The translations under genes were made by a program, and so were the position numbers. The notes under the pieces are model-generated. The model did no database searches. It was not told the DNA's origin and saw only the letters and a list, made by a program, of their open reading frames with translations. Positions 32,495-33,402 of a DNA stretch of 33,402 bases are shown here, one piece after another. Position 1 is the first letter of the stretch, and the number at the start of each line of letters is the position of its first letter. This DNA comes from Bryobacterales bacterium (GTDB lineage: Bacteria > Acidobacteriota > Terriglobia > Bryobacterales > Bryobacteraceae). Location of the stretch: assembly GCA_038220855.1 (NCBI GenBank), contig JBBRIO010000001.1, forward strand, positions 1 to 33,402, given 5' to 3'.

Positions 32495-33402
32495 ATGCGT
32501 CAGGCGATTCGGTTTTTGCGACCCTACCTGGGCCGGCATCGACGGCAACTCTTGCTCGGCCTGGCGGCGCTGGTATTGAATGCTCTTTTCGGCGCCACTC
32601 TGCCCTTGGTCATCCGTCGCGGGATTGACTCGATTACCGCCGGGGAACCGCTTCGGTTCACGGCGCTGGCCGCTGGCGGACTCCTTCTCCTTGCGCTCTG
32701 TAAAGGCCTGTTTCAGTATTGGAAACGATTGATCATCATCGGTGTCTCCCGGGATCTCGAATACGACCTGCGGAACGATATCGTGGCGCATTTAATGATC
32801 GTCAATCGAGACTTCTATGCCAAGTTCCCAACCGGTGATATCATGGCCCGCTCGACCAACGACCTGAATGCCGTGCGCATGATGGCGGGGCCCGGCCTGA
32901 TGTACTGGACCGAAACCATGCTCACCTTCTTCCTCGCCTTTTGCGTGATGGTGACGGTGGATCCGGTTCTCACCCTGGCGGCCTTAGCGTCGGCACCGGT
33001 CATCAGTATCCTGGTCGTTTACTATGGCCAGCGAATTCACGCGCGGTTTGAAGAGATTCAAAAGGTTTTTTCGACCATCTCCGGACGCGTCCAAGAGTCC
33101 GTTGCGGGAATGCGGCTGCTGCGCGCGTATGGCCAGGGCGACGCCGAGCGAATTCGCTTCGAAGCGCTGAACCAGGATTATATTCGGCGAAACCTAGACC
33201 TGGTTCGCACGACGGGGGTGTTTGAGCCGCTGCTGCACGCCTTAAGCGGGATCGCGTTCCTAATCGTCCTCTGGGTGGGGGGGATGCGCGTCCTGGAAGG
33301 CAAAATCTCGCTCGGCAGCTTCGTGATGTTCCAAACCTACGTCGGCATGCTGATTTGGCCGATGATTGCCATGGGCTGGGTGATCAACCTCATGCAACGG
33401 GG
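32495..33402 (+). CDS. ABC exporter, fused permease/ATPase type (MsbA-like), 5' portion only (continues past window end)
   Basis: ATG at 32495. My own translation is MRQAIRFLRPYLGRHRRQLLLGLAALVLNALFG...DFYAKFPTGDIMARSTNDLNAVRMMAGPGL...VQESVAGMRLLRAYGQGDAE...GKISLGSFVMFQTYVGMLIWPM, a type-I exporter TMD. It is not in the ORF track because no stop is reached. Confidence 0.85.
   Translation, partial: MRQAIRFLRPYLGRHRRQLLLGLAALVLNALFGATLPLVIRRGIDSITAGEPLRFTALAAGGLLLLALCKGLFQYWKRLIIIGVSRDLEYDLRNDIVAHLMIVNRDFYAKFPTGDIMARSTNDLNAVRMMAGPGLMYWTETMLTFFLAFCVMVTVDPVLTLAALASAPVISILVVYYGQRIHARFEEIQKVFSTISGRVQESVAGMRLLRAYGQGDAERIRFEALNQDYIRRNLDLVRTTGVFEPLLHALSGIAFLIVLWVGGMRVLEGKISLGSFVMFQTYVGMLIWPMIAMGWVINLMQR

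Noticed and set aside
1-33402. Mobile element, prophage, toxin-antitoxin, restriction-modification or other defence-island content
   Set aside because: I found no integrase, transposase, recombinase, reverse transcriptase or nuclease/ATPase defence signatures, no flanking tRNA and no long terminal repeats in any frame. Only the 15942-16946 gene looks compositionally different.

Overview
GC-rich bacterial chromosomal window. The domain families I recognise are a TIGR03437-type Solibacter C-terminal domain on two proteases, a TIGR03436-type acidobacterial VWA protein, and many LamG/NHL/BACON-like exoproteins. Together they suggest Acidobacteriota of the Solibacter/Bryobacter type; this rests on motif recollection, not a database hit. 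I saw no tRNA/rRNA, CRISPR, transposase, integrase or phage genes. Layout: (1) 1-237, the end of an RskA-like anti-sigma factor. (2) 239-12389, one co-directional minus-strand array: modB, modC, thiE-like, astacin, astacin, giant surface protein. The giant gene (239-5169) is broken by at least five lesions. (3) 12450-15770, an SDR with an altered catalytic motif, then rpsO-pnp with a clean terminator. (4) 15810-20247, a secreted protein in a visibly lower-GC stretch, an SSS transporter and a sulfatase. (5) 20301-23208, a tandem USP, a second multiply disrupted exoprotein gene (DUF1080+NHL, 21151-22622) and a cyclase-family hydrolase. (6) 23205-29753, seven tightly packed minus-strand genes headed by polA and ending in a 6 x 16-aa repeat protein. 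(7) 29855-33402, an envelope-lipid operon: lpxC, pgsA-like, membrane protein, DUF218, ABC exporter (3' partial). I cannot identify a self-contained novel system such as a defence island. The best candidates for follow-up are the exported-protein module behind polA (repeat protein, Gly-zipper protein, VWA, Tat-AKR), the ABC/ThiE-like/astacin coupled operon, an unassigned tandem domain at the C-terminus of the giant protein, and the selective decay of two NHL exoprotein genes. Several real coding stretches (4392-4691, 21154-21504, 22300-22535, 32495-33402) are missing from the ORF track because they lack a start or stop codon.
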